64,000 nucleotides of DNA from Botryllus schlosseri (taxonomy: Eukaryota), in assembly GCA_051294905.1 (NCBI GenBank), contig CM119383.1:12090001-12154000 (forward strand). The letters run 5' to 3'. The translations under genes and the position numbers were made by a program. This document shows, piece after piece, positions 39,401 through 52,440 of the stretch. Within the stretch, counting starts at the first letter, position 1, and each line of letters begins with the position of its first letter. The notes under the pieces were generated by a model. The model saw only the letters and a program-made list of their open reading frames with translations. It was not told the DNA's origin and did no database searches.

Positions 39401-42400
39401 GTTTTCCGGTTAATTTCAATTCTCGATTATAGAATAAACGAGTCTGACGCACGGCAGCAGGAAAATGCAATAGATATTTTTGTCAATTTTGATTCGGCTC
39501 ATCATATATTTCGGTATTGTGTCTCACAATCTTATTCAATGCTAAAATCCTTGTTTGTAAAATTTGCCGACAAATGTCACATAATTTTGCAACGTTGACA
39601 TTTGGCAGTTGCTAAGTGAAAACATTTTTTGTCATAAATATTCAACGAATGTCAGTATGTCACCAGACCTCACATTAATAGCCTTCCTGGTACAAGGCAG
39701 TGTTGAAAGTTCCTTTATAGTGCAACTGGCATGCCATAATTTCATTGTGAAGATATATAATTCTAGAGGCAAAGGTACATTCCAGATGTACATGATCTTA
39801 AATGGCGTTCCGGATAATTACCACCTTGTTGAGCTACCGTTGAGTGATTTTATTACCATTGTATTTCCGATGGAAAAGGTCTTTAAGCTACATATTGTTG
39901 AAGAGAAGATGTGCATCACGGAGCACTGTCGCTAACCAAGCTGTTGCTTACATTTCATAGTTAACTGATGTCGTATTTCACAATGTATCTAGTTATATGA
40001 AATCAAAAATTCAACAAATATTGTAAAATTAACTCATAGCTTACACAATTAAAGCAAAATTAGAATAATGTCTGATGTTAGTAACTTGATATCAACAGTC
40101 CTCGAACAGGACTCTAATTTCATAGGACTTCTATTTCTGATGCAGAAGTTTACAGTCGTCCTTGTAGTAAATTATGGTCAAATTTTGTGTCAATATCAGA
40201 ACATTGAAGAGTTAAGTTACAATAACAAATTATCTACTTCCACTCAAGAGACCATTACAGCAAAGTGTAGCTGCATAGCGCTGCAAAACTTGTCTCTCAG
40301 CATGCAATGTCTCATTATTCGTGAACTCAAAAGATCCTAAACTACACTTGCATCTCTCATACACTACAAGAAATAGATTTCAGTATTTTTGCTGTGTGTA
40401 GTTTCGACCAGAAGATATTTGGCTGTACTGATATAATAGAGTCAATATCAAGGTGTTATGAAATATCATTACCAGCCAATAACCTCCCCCGCTCAGTGTA
40501 TCTCGTCAATTTCAATCATGATTCTACCCAAGTTATTGAATACATAGTCAATTACTCGTATAGAATCTATACAGCACATAACTAGCCGAATTTCATAATT
40601 TCAAAATCAATGACACTTGAACATTCAAGATTCAACCAAACTATTTGGACTACTACGGCAAGCTATCTTATTCAAAAGTCATCAGGAACGTTCTACCACA
40701 AAGGTTACTACGGTTCAGTCACACTTGAAGAGTTCTAACAAGTCGTGTGTCCAGAGGTTGTTATTGCATTGGATTTATAGATAGAAGATCATATTTCAGG
40801 GGTAAATGATACAGTTAAACTCCACATGATGAACAAAGTTCTGATCTTTACAGAATGTCATCTAGAAGTAGCCATGACACAAAATGGCTGTTAAAAACGT
40901 CAAGAGTAGTGAATTATAAAAAACACTTGAAATATTAACTCAGTGCTAACCCGAACATACACTCATGTAGTAAGTTAAATCGAGATCCAAATAATAATCA
41001 TACTAAGTAAAACTATCATCAGTCAATGAGATCAATTCATATTCTACAGCTCATTGAAGATAGAATTGGCATACCGGTAAGCGGTAACACAACGATACAC
41101 ACATTTGCTGACAGGACGATGTTATTTAATTCCAAAAACCATGCTAGAATCTTCATCTTTACGAAATGGTGAATGTGTAATATATGTGTGTCCAGTTTGT
41201 CAGTTACATGTTTTGTTACATACATGAGACGTAATGTATATTACTGAATTAAATTGTAGAGATTCATATTATTTAAATGCCACGCAAAATTCAAAGCAAT
41301 AGGCTATATCTATCCCGGCTTAGAAATTTCCATTTCAATGCATAAACAGTCACCACTCACCATATTTGTCAGATAATATGGTCACCCTTAGAACTTCAAA
41401 CAAACCAATTACCACATATACCATACGTCTGCCTATACGCCATTTACAGACAGCATCAACAAATTTTCATGGTCCTCAAGCATAATAGCATATCAATTGC
41501 AAACAGGCATAAGTGATTTAACAAAATCAATCTTCCAATAATTCGAAACTAAGTCCTTTCGATCTCACATAGCAGCAGCACATCTTTGCCGTATTTCAGT
41601 GTAGCCAACTATATATTAGTAGGACTTAAAATAAAACACCGTAACATGATTTAATACCATCAATATTGATACCAATAAAGACTTGAACAGGGTTATGTTG
41701 CACAAATCGAAGAAAGTTCTCAAAATAAATCGATTGATCCAATCTCAAGCAATTACATTGTATTCTTGCACAGTAGTGTTATGCCACGTAATATCCTGAA
41801 GTTGAATGTAACAATCACCTTGGAACATAGCTTCATAGAGTGTCCATTGCTATTTTACTTTTATTCAATGCCCTGAAAGACTGAAACTAACAATTATTTC
41901 CCAATCATTTTCAAGAACCATGACATGTTCTATCACAACTGTCCTAGGTTACGTACAATTCCGATACATCACAAAGATGAGAAAGTGGGATTTTCCTCCG
42001 TAAACGTTTGACGCCAAAAATTGTTAGCAAAGTGTGAACCATGGTCACATTAGAATTATATATTCTATAAAATTGGTTATTGCCGACACTGACTTTCATC
42101 CCTACTGAAAATATGAATTGTTGAATACAAGTACGGCAATTCATTTCAAATACCACAATTTATTATTTGTAAACGACACCTTTTCATGTCAATTGGACTT
42201 CTACAAAACACAGTTTTTTTGCATTGAAATTACGGGATTTCAATACCTATATTTTTTCAGCTATCAATTGTTCTCTACAGACCGCAAATTTCAAGTATAA
42301 ATGCACTATAAGCAATAAAGGAAATTTGCGAAATTGGAACAGGCTGCTTAAATCTGACATCCAAATCCTTTTGAAGAAAGCAAGCAGCAAGTGCATATTA

Positions 42401-45400
42401 TGCCGTGCGAGGTACAAGTCTTATAGAAGGAGAATGACAGTGACAAAATCATAGAATAAACTATACAACGCATAGCATATATGCAAATTACCTCCGTCTT
42501 TTCACCGGAGACCCCTTCAAGTCGGCCGTCGGTACCATTTGCTCCCCGGGTCTTATCCACAAAATTGGCCCGTCGTTGCTCAGCGACCTGCACTCCATCG
42601 GCGTGCACGACAAGTCGCCCCAAGGAGCAGTTTTTCGCAGAAACGGATCCCGCTCGAGCATGTCCAGGACATCCGGGTAATATCCCCCGGACTCTTCGTG
42701 GACGGCACCCACGAGACTTATCTGTCTCATCGGGCCATACCTGAGCACAAGAAGAGGACTTCAAATGCGGCCAAGAATTGTTTACCGTTCAAGTAAAGGA
42801 AATTCCATGTACATCAAGTAGTCTACCGTATGTGATTTAGTCCCTAATTTGAGGTCTAGGTTCAAGGAAAATACAGTCAGCACAATTACTTGGTTGTGCC
42901 ACAACCAATGATGTTGGAAAATATCAAATAAAATACATTACATCCTTCTCATATACCTCACAAATGATCCATAATGGCAAATAGGGGGGGTGGGGGAACT
43001 TGAGTAGGTAGGGGAATTTGAGTACATTTGACAAAAACTTTTGCTTTCTCAACATATCTGCTTTAAATTCGGCAGTTCTGCATTTATTCATTAGCTCACT
43101 ATGTAAGCTCTAGATAAGACTAATAACCATTTTTATCAAAGGCCGATTTTAGCCTCAACGTGGAATTGAAAGTTTGTGAATTTTTTTTTTCATTTTTGAC
43201 GCCACTTTTCAACTTCTTTGCAGACAGCATAAAAATGGTTGTTGCATATCCAAATATTGCTTAAGTTTGTGATAGTTGATCATACTACAAGGTATGGCAA
43301 TGCATTTTGTCAATGGTGGTAAGAGTAAGTTTTAATTTGAAGAATATTTTTTTGGGGTGATTCGGGTATAGTATAAATTAGGAGTGGGTTAAATTGAGTA
43401 TACTACTAAATGAGAACTTTTTTTGTTGCACTGTCATCAGAGAGGTTGTAGATACTCTTTTGAATCTTGTTATTCTGATTTTGTTACACAATTAGAGATT
43501 TAAAACAGTAACAGACATGCTTAGGTATTATAAGAAGAAGCGAACCGCTAAATATGCACCACATGAATTCGATCATGCCATCAAAGAAAGTAAGACAGGA
43601 AAGAGCTGTTATAATAGAGTCTGGGATTCCCTATGAAGCACTCATAACAAAGTTAATTAGAGCAACACAGAAAATTGTAGCCACAAGAGCAAGAATCAGT
43701 CGAGGAAAGTGACTAGATGAAAAGTTTGACTCGGGCAATTACTACACAGTAGTCTCACAAATAATGAAAAGAGAATCAAGAAATTATTTAGCTAGTCATA
43801 ATGCCAAAAGAAGGCATGTTCACTTGATCAGGCCATAACTGGTGAGGTGCTGACATCAGAAGAAAGCATGACCAGACTTTAAGATGAGGAGAATGTATGA
43901 AAGCTAAAACACAAGAGCAATGAAGTTGTGGTCAGTGACGATTATGAGGAGGAAGTAGCCACTTTAAGTACAGTTCTGAGATGGACTTGGGGAATTTGAA
44001 ACAGTTTAGAAAGAGATGGATATCAACGAGTTGGATTGGCTTGTTATACAATACAGACAGACAAAGTTTCTGGGGCAGGTGGAAAATATGATGGGTGGTG
44101 GTGAAACATTCGAACATACTTTTTTTGTTTGGTATGAACATAGCATCAACCAACGGGTTGCATATTTTCCTATCCCTGAAACATTGATGACATCAATTTC
44201 ATGTGGAGAATATTTTCCATTTCATTCAATGAAGTAATTTTCAAAGTGAAAGCACCAATTTCAGAAAGAAGAGGGGTTGTCAAATTTGATTTGAATCCAA
44301 ACATTTAGTGAAACTTTGACATCTGATTATTTCGTTCTGCTGTTCCTCCTAAAAAAGTTTCTGTTCAAGCAACAATAAGAGATCTTGTTCCAGTTTATTT
44401 TTTAAAAACATGTAAATATACTCAGTTTTCCCATACAATGGGTCATTTGGGTATAACGTGGGGATAAGGCTTGCTTCAAGTACACTTTAGACAGTATACT
44501 CAATTTTCCCACAAAATTGGGGTAAATTGAGTATACGAATTTGTAAAAAAAAAATCACAATATTTTTCCATTGCGAGCAAATTGAATCTTTAATTAATTT
44601 GCAACCGAAAATTCAACCATACAATGTAACAAATATCAACCAGCCACCTTTTTATTTGACTGATTATGAAAATGACAGCTGCTCAAACTTGAAAATATAC
44701 TCAAATTCCCCCATCCCCCCTAGATATATTAATGACTCTGAATGCATGGAAGTGGCACACCTGTAGAGCTAATTTACTTAAAAAACAAAACAAGAGCCCG
44801 CCAGCCGGTCTATTCACTATTTGTCCAAGCACGAGAGTTGTCACTACTCAAGACTATGCCTTTATGTGCAAACTCCTTCATATTTACACAAGCGTACATC
44901 CAATTATAGAGTAGCCTACGACTGTGTACAATAGTAAGACATTACATTCAAGATAGGCAAATGAAGCTTGGCTAAACAAACCCAAAAAGAAGTTTGTAAC
45001 AGTTAAGAATGATGCATAAATCGTCCATATATACCGTAATTAAACGAACAGGCTGCTTGCGGAACCAAATAAAGAAGAAACCAAGTTTCAAGAAACATCG
45101 GTATTGATCAAAATTTCAAAATATCCCCAATACCATACCTATAAAACTAAGTCATCTCAGCAATAATTTACTTTGAAATCATAAACATATAAACTAGAAC
45201 AGTGGCACGAGATGTAAATATGCACACGTAAAGTATTTTTGCGTATATTTCTTTATATTAAAAACTATCTCCACGCTTCACACGATTCATTGTAATCGGA
45301 TCGATATATCTTAATATGGGTGCCCCCCACCAAAATATATATAAATAAAATATTCATAATGTACAGAAGAGTACTGTCATATACAAAATTATGAGAGAAC

Positions 45401-48400
45401 GGCATGAAGCCATTGGGATGCTTTAGTCTAGGGCAGTGATTCCCAACCGCGGCCCTGAGGGCCGCATGCGGCCCCCAACTAGCCTAATTGCGGCCCCCAC
45501 AAAAACATTGAGATATCGATCTATGAAAACAAAATATATTTAAAAAATACTTTTGCTTGGCTTGGAGTCTGGAGTTTTCAATTAGGATTGCAGGCAAGTT
45601 GTGAGTAGACTGCTAAGATTACGTCACTGCTGTTTCAATGCAATGTGCCCTAACTTTCCAGTTGAACGGGCAGTACCTATAGATATAGGTATAGTTAGAG
45701 GAATTGACAGGACCGTAACCGTCGCACCTCAAGCCCCCCAATTGGGGGGAGCGAGCTCGAAGGGGGCCCAAAATTATTTAGTGAATCAGCATAAATTATA
45801 GAGTAATTTATGAAAATTTATGCATCTTTTTCAAAGATTTTTCGCGCTGCGCGCGATATCAAGTTATCAAGTACCTTAATTATTGGGTACTCTTCGACCA
45901 AGATAAAATACGCAAGATTTATAGAAGTGGGCATATCGGCGTTAGCCAATGCCGCGCCCACGCCACACGTAGACATTTAAAGTTTTAGGCCATGTAACAT
46001 GCGACTCCAAGAAGTGTGCCAGAACGGTCGGCAGCGAGAAAACCTTGGCCGAAAAGGACTGCCCACGCTGACCGAAAACTTCGTTATGTATATTCAATAT
46101 ACATATAGGTATAATTGACCATAGGCGCCTAAATGACTGGCGGCGAATGTTCCTGTCTTGGCAATCTGAACGTCACGAGACAAATAGGCTACCATCCCGC
46201 AGGGAAGAATTATATGCCAGTGAAGAACTACCAATTAGAAATCGTGTGCATCTTTTAGTTTAATACGTTTGGGCGATTTTATCTTTTTTGATATAGCAGA
46301 CTGGAGGTCACGAAATAACAAATAACATCATGTAACGAAGTGGTACCAACGGGTCCGCCCGTCCGAATATGTTTAATTGTTATTTACGGGCCCTACAGTT
46401 TCCAAGACACATCACTCAGCTCTACCGGTAAATCTGATTAGGTGAGCAGAGAGGACAAGTAACTGATTGCAATATATATGCAATTCCCGATCTTATTGAC
46501 CCATTTCATTTTGAATTATCGAAAATTTTCGCGCACCACGCTGGCTCACTAAACGGGGATCCTGATTTCTTGGCAGAAGCGAACAACGGCATGAGGGGTC
46601 GGTTTATCACCCTATTGGAGCTCAAGACCTAAGTGTTCTGGGGGGCCTGACGAAGTGCTGTTTCGTTCCTGCCACCGCACGAAGATGTTTATTTATTATT
46701 GAGTGGTCCTACTTTTTCAAACACAACTCACTCGGCTCAACCGGTCAGTCTGAGTACGTGAGCAGAGAGAGGATAAAAATTGATACCAATATATTAGCAA
46801 TTCCGATAATATTGACCGATTCAATCATGAATTATAGAAATTTTTCGCGCTTCGCGCGATTTCTCGAGACAAGCTCCCTGAAACGAACACCTGATTTAGA
46901 TGATAAATAGCGGTAAACAGCCATCTATCCTGAGAGGGTCTGGGGGCTTCGAAGTTCGGTCTATCACCCTATGGGGAGCCCAAGAGAAACGTTTTTTTGG
47001 GGGGAGGGGCTGACGAAGTGCTGTTACGGCCCTGGGTAATGATAACTAATTTACGGATAGATGTGTAACAAGTGACTCACGATTGAATACGCCGAGATGC
47101 GTACTGCTTAGCCGGCAAAATGCAGCATAATTGGTAGTCCTATAGCTCGCGACCCAAGCATCCGAATAATTTGATATGTCAGTGTTTATCGAAAGCAAGG
47201 GTCGCACTGATTCCAAAAATACGAATTGAAATCTCGCCAGGGCAATAAAATTACTCCGAAATAGCCAGCAAAGGTTGATTGTTCTGAGCAACGGGAGCGC
47301 GGCAACACAATGGCCAATGGCGTCAAGCGAATGATCGGAACAATGCCAATTTTCATATTTTGGTGACTATTTTGGGTTCCTTTCATTGCCCTGGTATTTG
47401 TGCGGCCCCGGCCGTACTCTGAAATTCTGAATTTGGCCCTGCCATCGAAAAAGGTTGGGAACCACTGGTCTAGGGTGTTCAACCTGTGGGTACTTGACTA
47501 AAGGAACCGCATTTGATATAAAAACATTAAAAAATTAAAATGAAAACGTTCGGCATGCGAGTTGGTAATACTTCAAGATTTTGTCCGCTGCATAAAAAAG
47601 GTTTCTGACCCCTGCACTGGAAATTAAAAATTCCGATTTATCAATTGACTGCTAGCAAACCAAACCTAATCAAAGATATCATTATCCGGTAGGCCTACAA
47701 ATAGTAAATTTTAAGTAACCACAAATCACTAATGAAATAGGTACGAATAAATGGGCGAAACAACAATAATCAAGAACTTACCTGTACATGCCACTCGTTT
47801 TCGAGTACGTGTCGTGAACTTTCGTCTTGAATTCGTTGATAGACATCGTCAGAATATCTCTCTGCCCGAGCACCTCGGCTTTCACCGTGATATCTCCGTG
47901 CTTCTCTGCGAAATACTCCAAATAGTCCGGCTGGTCGGAAAGCGCATCGTGCACGATGCCCATCACAAAGTCGGCAGAATTCGGCTTCGTTTCCAAGAAG
48001 GACAGGCGACAAAAATCGTCTGCGAATAAATCTCGATCCGCTTCCGACATTTCCATCAACTCGTGCTTGTAGGCGTGCAGGACGGGCGCTTCCCCGTTCG
48101 GGCACGTCTCGACGTGTACATATTTCCGAAATTTTTGATTTGAGAACGGGAACTTGTCAACAATCTCCAAATCTTCAGGCAGAGCTTGGAAATACGAAAC
48201 AGACGGTACGTACGGTAACCTTGTCTTATCGCCATTTTCTATCTCTGATTTTTCATCGGAAGGCTCCGTTTTCACAGGAGTACCGACAAATATCTCCTCT
48301 TTAACGGGTTTTTCCGGTTCAGATTTTTCAGAATCAGATTTTTGTACTAACGCCGTGTGTTCCGGGGAGGATAATTCAGAGTCTGATGAAGAATTTGATG

Positions 48401-49478
48401 AACTACTTGAAGACGAAGAAGATGATGATAACGATGAAGAAGAGGCATCAGAGTCGCTGCCAGAGTCTTCGTCTTTACGGTGTGGACTTTCAATTACCGT
48501 CTCATTGACTTCTGGTGTTGCGGGTCGTTCCGTTTTTATTATCGGTGTAATACCGGTTCCGTTGGTACTTGTTTTCTCACCGCTATCGTGATCTGAATTT
48601 TTTCTATATTTTTTCCTCTTCGGCTCTTTAGAATATTTTACAGAGTCCGGACTGCGTTCGCGTTTTATTTGACTAGTGGGGTGCGGAAAATTTATGTTCC
48701 TATCAAACATATCGGTTTTACTTTTGAGCGGACTATCGGTCTTACCTTTTTTCTGCGATTGTTCGCGATTTCGAACACCGCCTTCGTGTTTGACGTTAGA
48801 CTGAATTTGCGATTTGATCACGCTTTTTTCGTGCTCTTTTTTATCGGGTAAGACATTGACAGAGTTTGATTTAGATAACGAGTGTGGGTTAGCAGTGTTT
48901 TCGATTACTTTTTCCCGACATTGAGCCGACTCTGTGGTGTCACTGTTCAGAATATTGTCGAACACATTGTCACCGAGGTCACTGTGAGTTCTTTTACGCG
49001 GATGCGTGGATTCTAGTTCTTGCTGAGATGGCGACGGTACTTCCCGCAGGACAGCATCTGCCATTTCTGTGATTTTAATATTCCCGGCATTCTGACGATT
49101 CCTTTCTTTGACGTGCTTCAATCTCTTCTGCTTGTTGGGCTTCGCGTCATTTGCACCATGTGTTTTGATGCCATTATTCTTTGCCGACTCCGCAACAGGT
49201 TGCGATGCGGTTGCGTTAACAGGTTTTGTCGACGGTTTCCAATGTTTTGAATCTCCGTTACTGCCGTTTTGGTGGGACTTTGGCGTGGGAAGTGCTGGCT
49301 TTCGAACGTGATTGCCGGGCTTCGATTTGACGGGACTTGGTAACTGTGGCTTCTTCCGTTTGAACTGTACCAGATTGATGGGGTCGGAGAACAGCCCTGG
49401 TAGGTCGCATGTCGTCAGTATGCGAGCTTTGGGTTTGTGCAACGAATGTAGTTTGTCGGTTTTCAAAGGAGAGCTCAT
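33440..49478 (-). CDS. RSBN1: Round spermatid basic protein 1-like (DPY-21 family JmjC-like H4K20 demethylase), ~813 aa, 5 exons
   Basis: Exons 49478-47782, 42740-42492, 38145-37966, 34996-34888, 33646-33440 (2442 nt, phases match). Conserved motifs: [114 protein letters not shown]1 versus RSBN1L cannot be resolved. Confidence 0.95.
35235..36481. mobile_element. Charlie/hAT-type non-autonomous element (host 1) in RSBN1 intron 3
   Basis: TIR CAGTGGTTCCCAA/TTGGGAACCACTG. TATTAG flanks both sides, but only 6 bp match cleanly. Internal palindrome GTGGGGAATTCCCCAC at 35251-35266. Confidence 0.8.
35670..36415. mobile_element. Nested hAT-type element, family E (746 bp)
   Basis: Perfect 12-bp TIR CAGGACCGTAAC/GTTACGGTCCTG. 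TSD GTGGGGAA/GTGGGCAA (7/8). The interior is shared with ~46005-46680. Confidence 0.85.
42984..44720 (+). mobile_element. Decayed pogo-like (Tc1/mariner superfamily) transposon, 1737 bp
   Basis: TA-flanked 24-bp TIRs (22/24 match): GGGGGGGTGGGGGAACTTGAGTA and TACTCAAATTCCCCCATCCCCCC. Frameshifted remnants: [24 protein letters not shown] and SGIPYEAL (HTH-psq-like, ~43518-43640), [13 protein letters not shown] (~43840-43890) and DWLVIQY...FLGQV...FPIPE (44016-44237). No DDE core seen. The family call is inferred from motif memory. Confidence 0.7.
45434..47467. mobile_element. Charlie/hAT-type non-autonomous element (host 2), 2034 bp, in RSBN1 intron 1
   Basis: TIR CAGTGATTCCCAACC/GGTTGGGAACCACTG. 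Perfect 8-bp TSD GTCTAGGG at 45426-45433 and 47468-47475. Confidence 0.9.
45708..47034. mobile_element. Nested family E element with internal ~350-bp tandem duplication of its right part
   Basis: CAGGACCGTAAC...GTTACGGCCCTG. TSD GGAATTGA/GGTAATGA (6/8). A degenerate internal right end lies at ~46640-46672; the units ~46330-46675 and ~46680-47034 are collinear. Confidence 0.8.
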
Positions 49479-50268
49479 TTCATCATTTTGCAGCTTATGA
49501 TTTTATTGAAAATAGATCTGTTGAAAGGTTGATAAGTTTTCAATGAAGTAACGATCTGACAACAAAAATGTGTCGCATTTTTTAATCACTTGTGACAAGG
49601 GTCCTGCGACAGAATTTCCTTTTCTGAAAATATGTCTAACGTAACGCTGCAAGTGCGGTGAAGTGCCGAGATGGATTTTTCGGCACATGACTTTCGTTTT
49701 TAGATTTTAGAACAAGCTAATACAGCCACTTCATCTGGTATTGTGTATCTAGGTTCATATTCAAGTCAATGAGCAATTACATAACATGGGCAGGATTAAT
49801 TTTTGCGGATAATACTTTAATTTGTTTAATGATGGTCGGTTATAGGAGTTGAAGCTAATCGAGTTATCAAATACCATGCTAATTTCTCTCATTGTCTGTG
49901 GAGCCCCTATTTTAAAGTGAATGGTAGAGATAGAGCTGGTTCGATTATGAGTAAATCGTTTACGAATTAACTTCCTGTTTCCAATTTAGAATCAAGTTGG
50001 TATAGCCGTATAGTTATATTACCAGTACAGTACTCAAGGAACTAGATGACTGTCATACATCTTTCTGTTCTGATCGTGAATTTAGTTTTTTAGTCAAAAC
50101 ACATCTACGAGTATAATTGTGTATATGTCATCCCTGATTGGCTGATTCAATGTTGAGACTGTGTGTTATGGCTGAGTCAGTGTATCATAGTGTCGACAGA
50201 AGTGTCTGAGGTTTCACACTTACAGTAATAATAAAACCGTACTATCCGCGTGTATCTTATCGACTCAC

Positions 50269-50335
50269 AATACAAAAATAATCTCGATAATTTAACAAAA
50301 TTCGCGAGCAACACCAACACGCCGCCATTTTACTA
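50269..50335 (-). promoter_or_regulatory. Candidate RSBN1 first exon/TSS with YY1-type motif
   Basis: The minus strand has AAAATGGCGGC (50331-50321) in a CpG-rich patch, followed by a GTGAGT donor at 50268-50263. A candidate acceptor TTTCAACAG lies at 49518. Confidence 0.45.
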
Positions 50336-50790
50336 CATAAACCTACAATTACAACATCCAATCGCACATCGACAACAGAAACGCTATCTCATAGTGATCA
50401 CTGGGTGTCCCATTTGAGCAAGTAAAATTCACTGAGCCAGTGCTTTTCAACCTGTGGAATGGTACCATAGCAAGCCAGCTATGCTGTAAATTGCTATGAT
50501 GGTACTATTGAATAAACTAACCTACGTTAGTTATCTATAATGGTACGCACTTCGTCGCAGTTGTATCAAAGTAGGTTATGTCAAATTTTCAAATTTTGAA
50601 GTTTCATTTTTAAAACTTTAAAAAAAATCACAATTTTTCGAACGTTTTTGAATATTTTTCGGCCATGTCTTGCCCATGGTTATGTCTATCTCAGTGTTTC
50701 AAATTTAATGGGGAACAATATATGATTGAAAGAAGACGAAAACTTCATGTAAAGATAATTTTCTCAAAATGTGTGAAATGAACATGACAT

Positions 50791-51000
50791 GAGAGAGAGA
50801 GAGAGAGATAGATATGATATTATATTTCGCCTGCACCATCGAGATGCTTTGACGACGGAGATGCGATACGACCGTAATGTCACCTAGTCTGCACCCCCGT
50901 TTTTTGTTTCTCCTCCATGCTATCCGTCGTTGCTATGCGCCTAGCAGGATAGCAGCTGATACGAGTTTTCAAGTCTTTGGTTTGACCCGGCCGGGGATCG
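50791..51000 (-). mobile_element. 5'-truncated tRNA-type SINE with MetaSINE-like central domain and (TC)n tail
   Basis: The minus strand reads CGATCCCCGGCCGGGTCAAACCAAAGACTTGAAAACTCGTATCAGCTGCTATCCTGCTAGGCGCATAGCA. This is a box-B-like end followed by a segment resembling the Meta domain as I remember it. It ends in the (GA)n run at 50791-50808. Confidence 0.55.
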
Positions 51001-51460
51001 GGGATATATGGCTAGTAAATCAACTGAGATAGTGCTAAAGAACTTTGCTCACATTGAATTTAGTACTGCTCCTAGGTATTAACTTTAATATGAATGTATT
51101 CCAAACAAAGCAACCCATATTTTATAACGTTCATGTGAGGTTGCGGGCCACAATATCAACCTTTATGATACGATGAAGAAATATTGTGAATATGTAATTT
51201 TGTAGCTGTCAAAAACAATTATATAGTCAGTTTTGTAATTTGACCTAAAATCTTCAAAGCATCTTTAATGTACAAGGACTCTCACTCTTAAAAATATGGC
51301 ACAGGCACATATGTCTCTTTCTTCGGTATCGAGACGCTGTCCGCTGCGGAATAAAATACCTAATTCGAAACATTTTGTGACAGACCCGAGCTAGCGCGAT
51401 TAATTTTGCATGAATTTTAATGAATGCTATTTATAACTAACACATAATAGATGGTGCAGG

Positions 51461-51590
51461 NNNNNNNNNNNNNNNNNNNNNNNNNNNNNNNNNNNNNNNN
51501 NNNNNNNNNNNNNNNNNNNNNNNNNNNNNNNNNNNNNNNNNNNNNNNNNNNNNNNNNNNNNNNNNNNNNNNNNNNNNNNNNNNNNNNNNN
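51461..51590. other. Assembly gap (130 N)
   Basis: Run of N. The left flank GATGGTGCAGG matches part of the SINE at 50791-51000 in the opposite orientation. Confidence 0.99.
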
Positions 51591-51929
51591 GAATTCGGAA
51601 TGTGTAGGCTACTGTACACCGGGCTCTAACCAGGTGGTACGAGTCCGTACCCGATGGTTGTTTTAACAACCTTGATGTGATTCCTAATACGCAACATACA
51701 ATTATTATATCGTAAATTAGTCGAGTGGTCCACGAGCGCGAATCATAAGCTATTTCCAATAGTAACGTCCCAACCCGAAAAGACCGACAGGACTTCGAAC
51801 TCTTACCCCTTGTTTTTACTGCCGTCCTTAAGATATGGGGGCGGGGGGCAGACCTAGGCAGTTTTCGAAAGGGGGAACTGCAAAAAGGTCAAGAACCACT
51901 GGTCAAAATTCTTGATGTTTATCTTATGA

Positions 51930-52440
51930 TATCTTCTTGGAGGCTATAATCTTTTATGCCGTCGGTTCCGCTTCCAGGTGCATTTTATCAAGTTTGTAAT
52001 CATCCAGGGCTTGCGATCCACGAGGCGGTGTTGTTGACACGCGTCTCAGAGGTGTGGCGACAGGTGCATAACTTCCATCAGCAATTTGATCGTAGACTTG
52101 AAATCCCGGAAATTTGCGTCATCGTGATGGGAGGAAATTCCGATAGATCAAATTCATTGACCGCATCATCATGAAGAGCTTCTTCGTCAACTGAATAACG
52201 ATGTCTAATTTATATAGTGACAAGATTCAATAGAAATGCCTTTTCTGGTAATTGACTATCGGTATGGTTATATGGTAGGTAATTGCTCAATGGTGAAACC
52301 TAATTACCGCTTCCGTGGTTCGGATGTATCCCAAAGCAAGTACGGCGTGAAACGGCTATATGCCCTACAGATGAAATCAAGCCAAAAGAAATACCGTTAC
52401 TACTGCGTCCGAGACTCAATAGAATTGTCTTCGTCTAATC
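51930..52440 (-). mobile_element. Probable decayed LINE ORF2 fragment (endonuclease C-terminus plus linker, CR1/L2-like)
   Basis: Minus-strand frames with stops and frameshifts give WLDFIC, GSGN*VSPLSNYLP (SDHLP-like) and DANFRDFKSTIKLLMEVMHLSP...DRKPWMITNLIKCTWKRNR (KPWIT linker-like), in the expected order. Confidence 0.4.

Noticed and set aside
47751-49500. Antisense or alternative-frame ORFs over RSBN1 exon 1 (e.g. 48154-48591); similar ones at 42348-42796 and 37873-38273
   Set aside because: Shadows of a real coding exon with low-complexity Ser codons.
51427-51759. ORFs spanning the N run
   Set aside because: They are open only because of the assembly gap.
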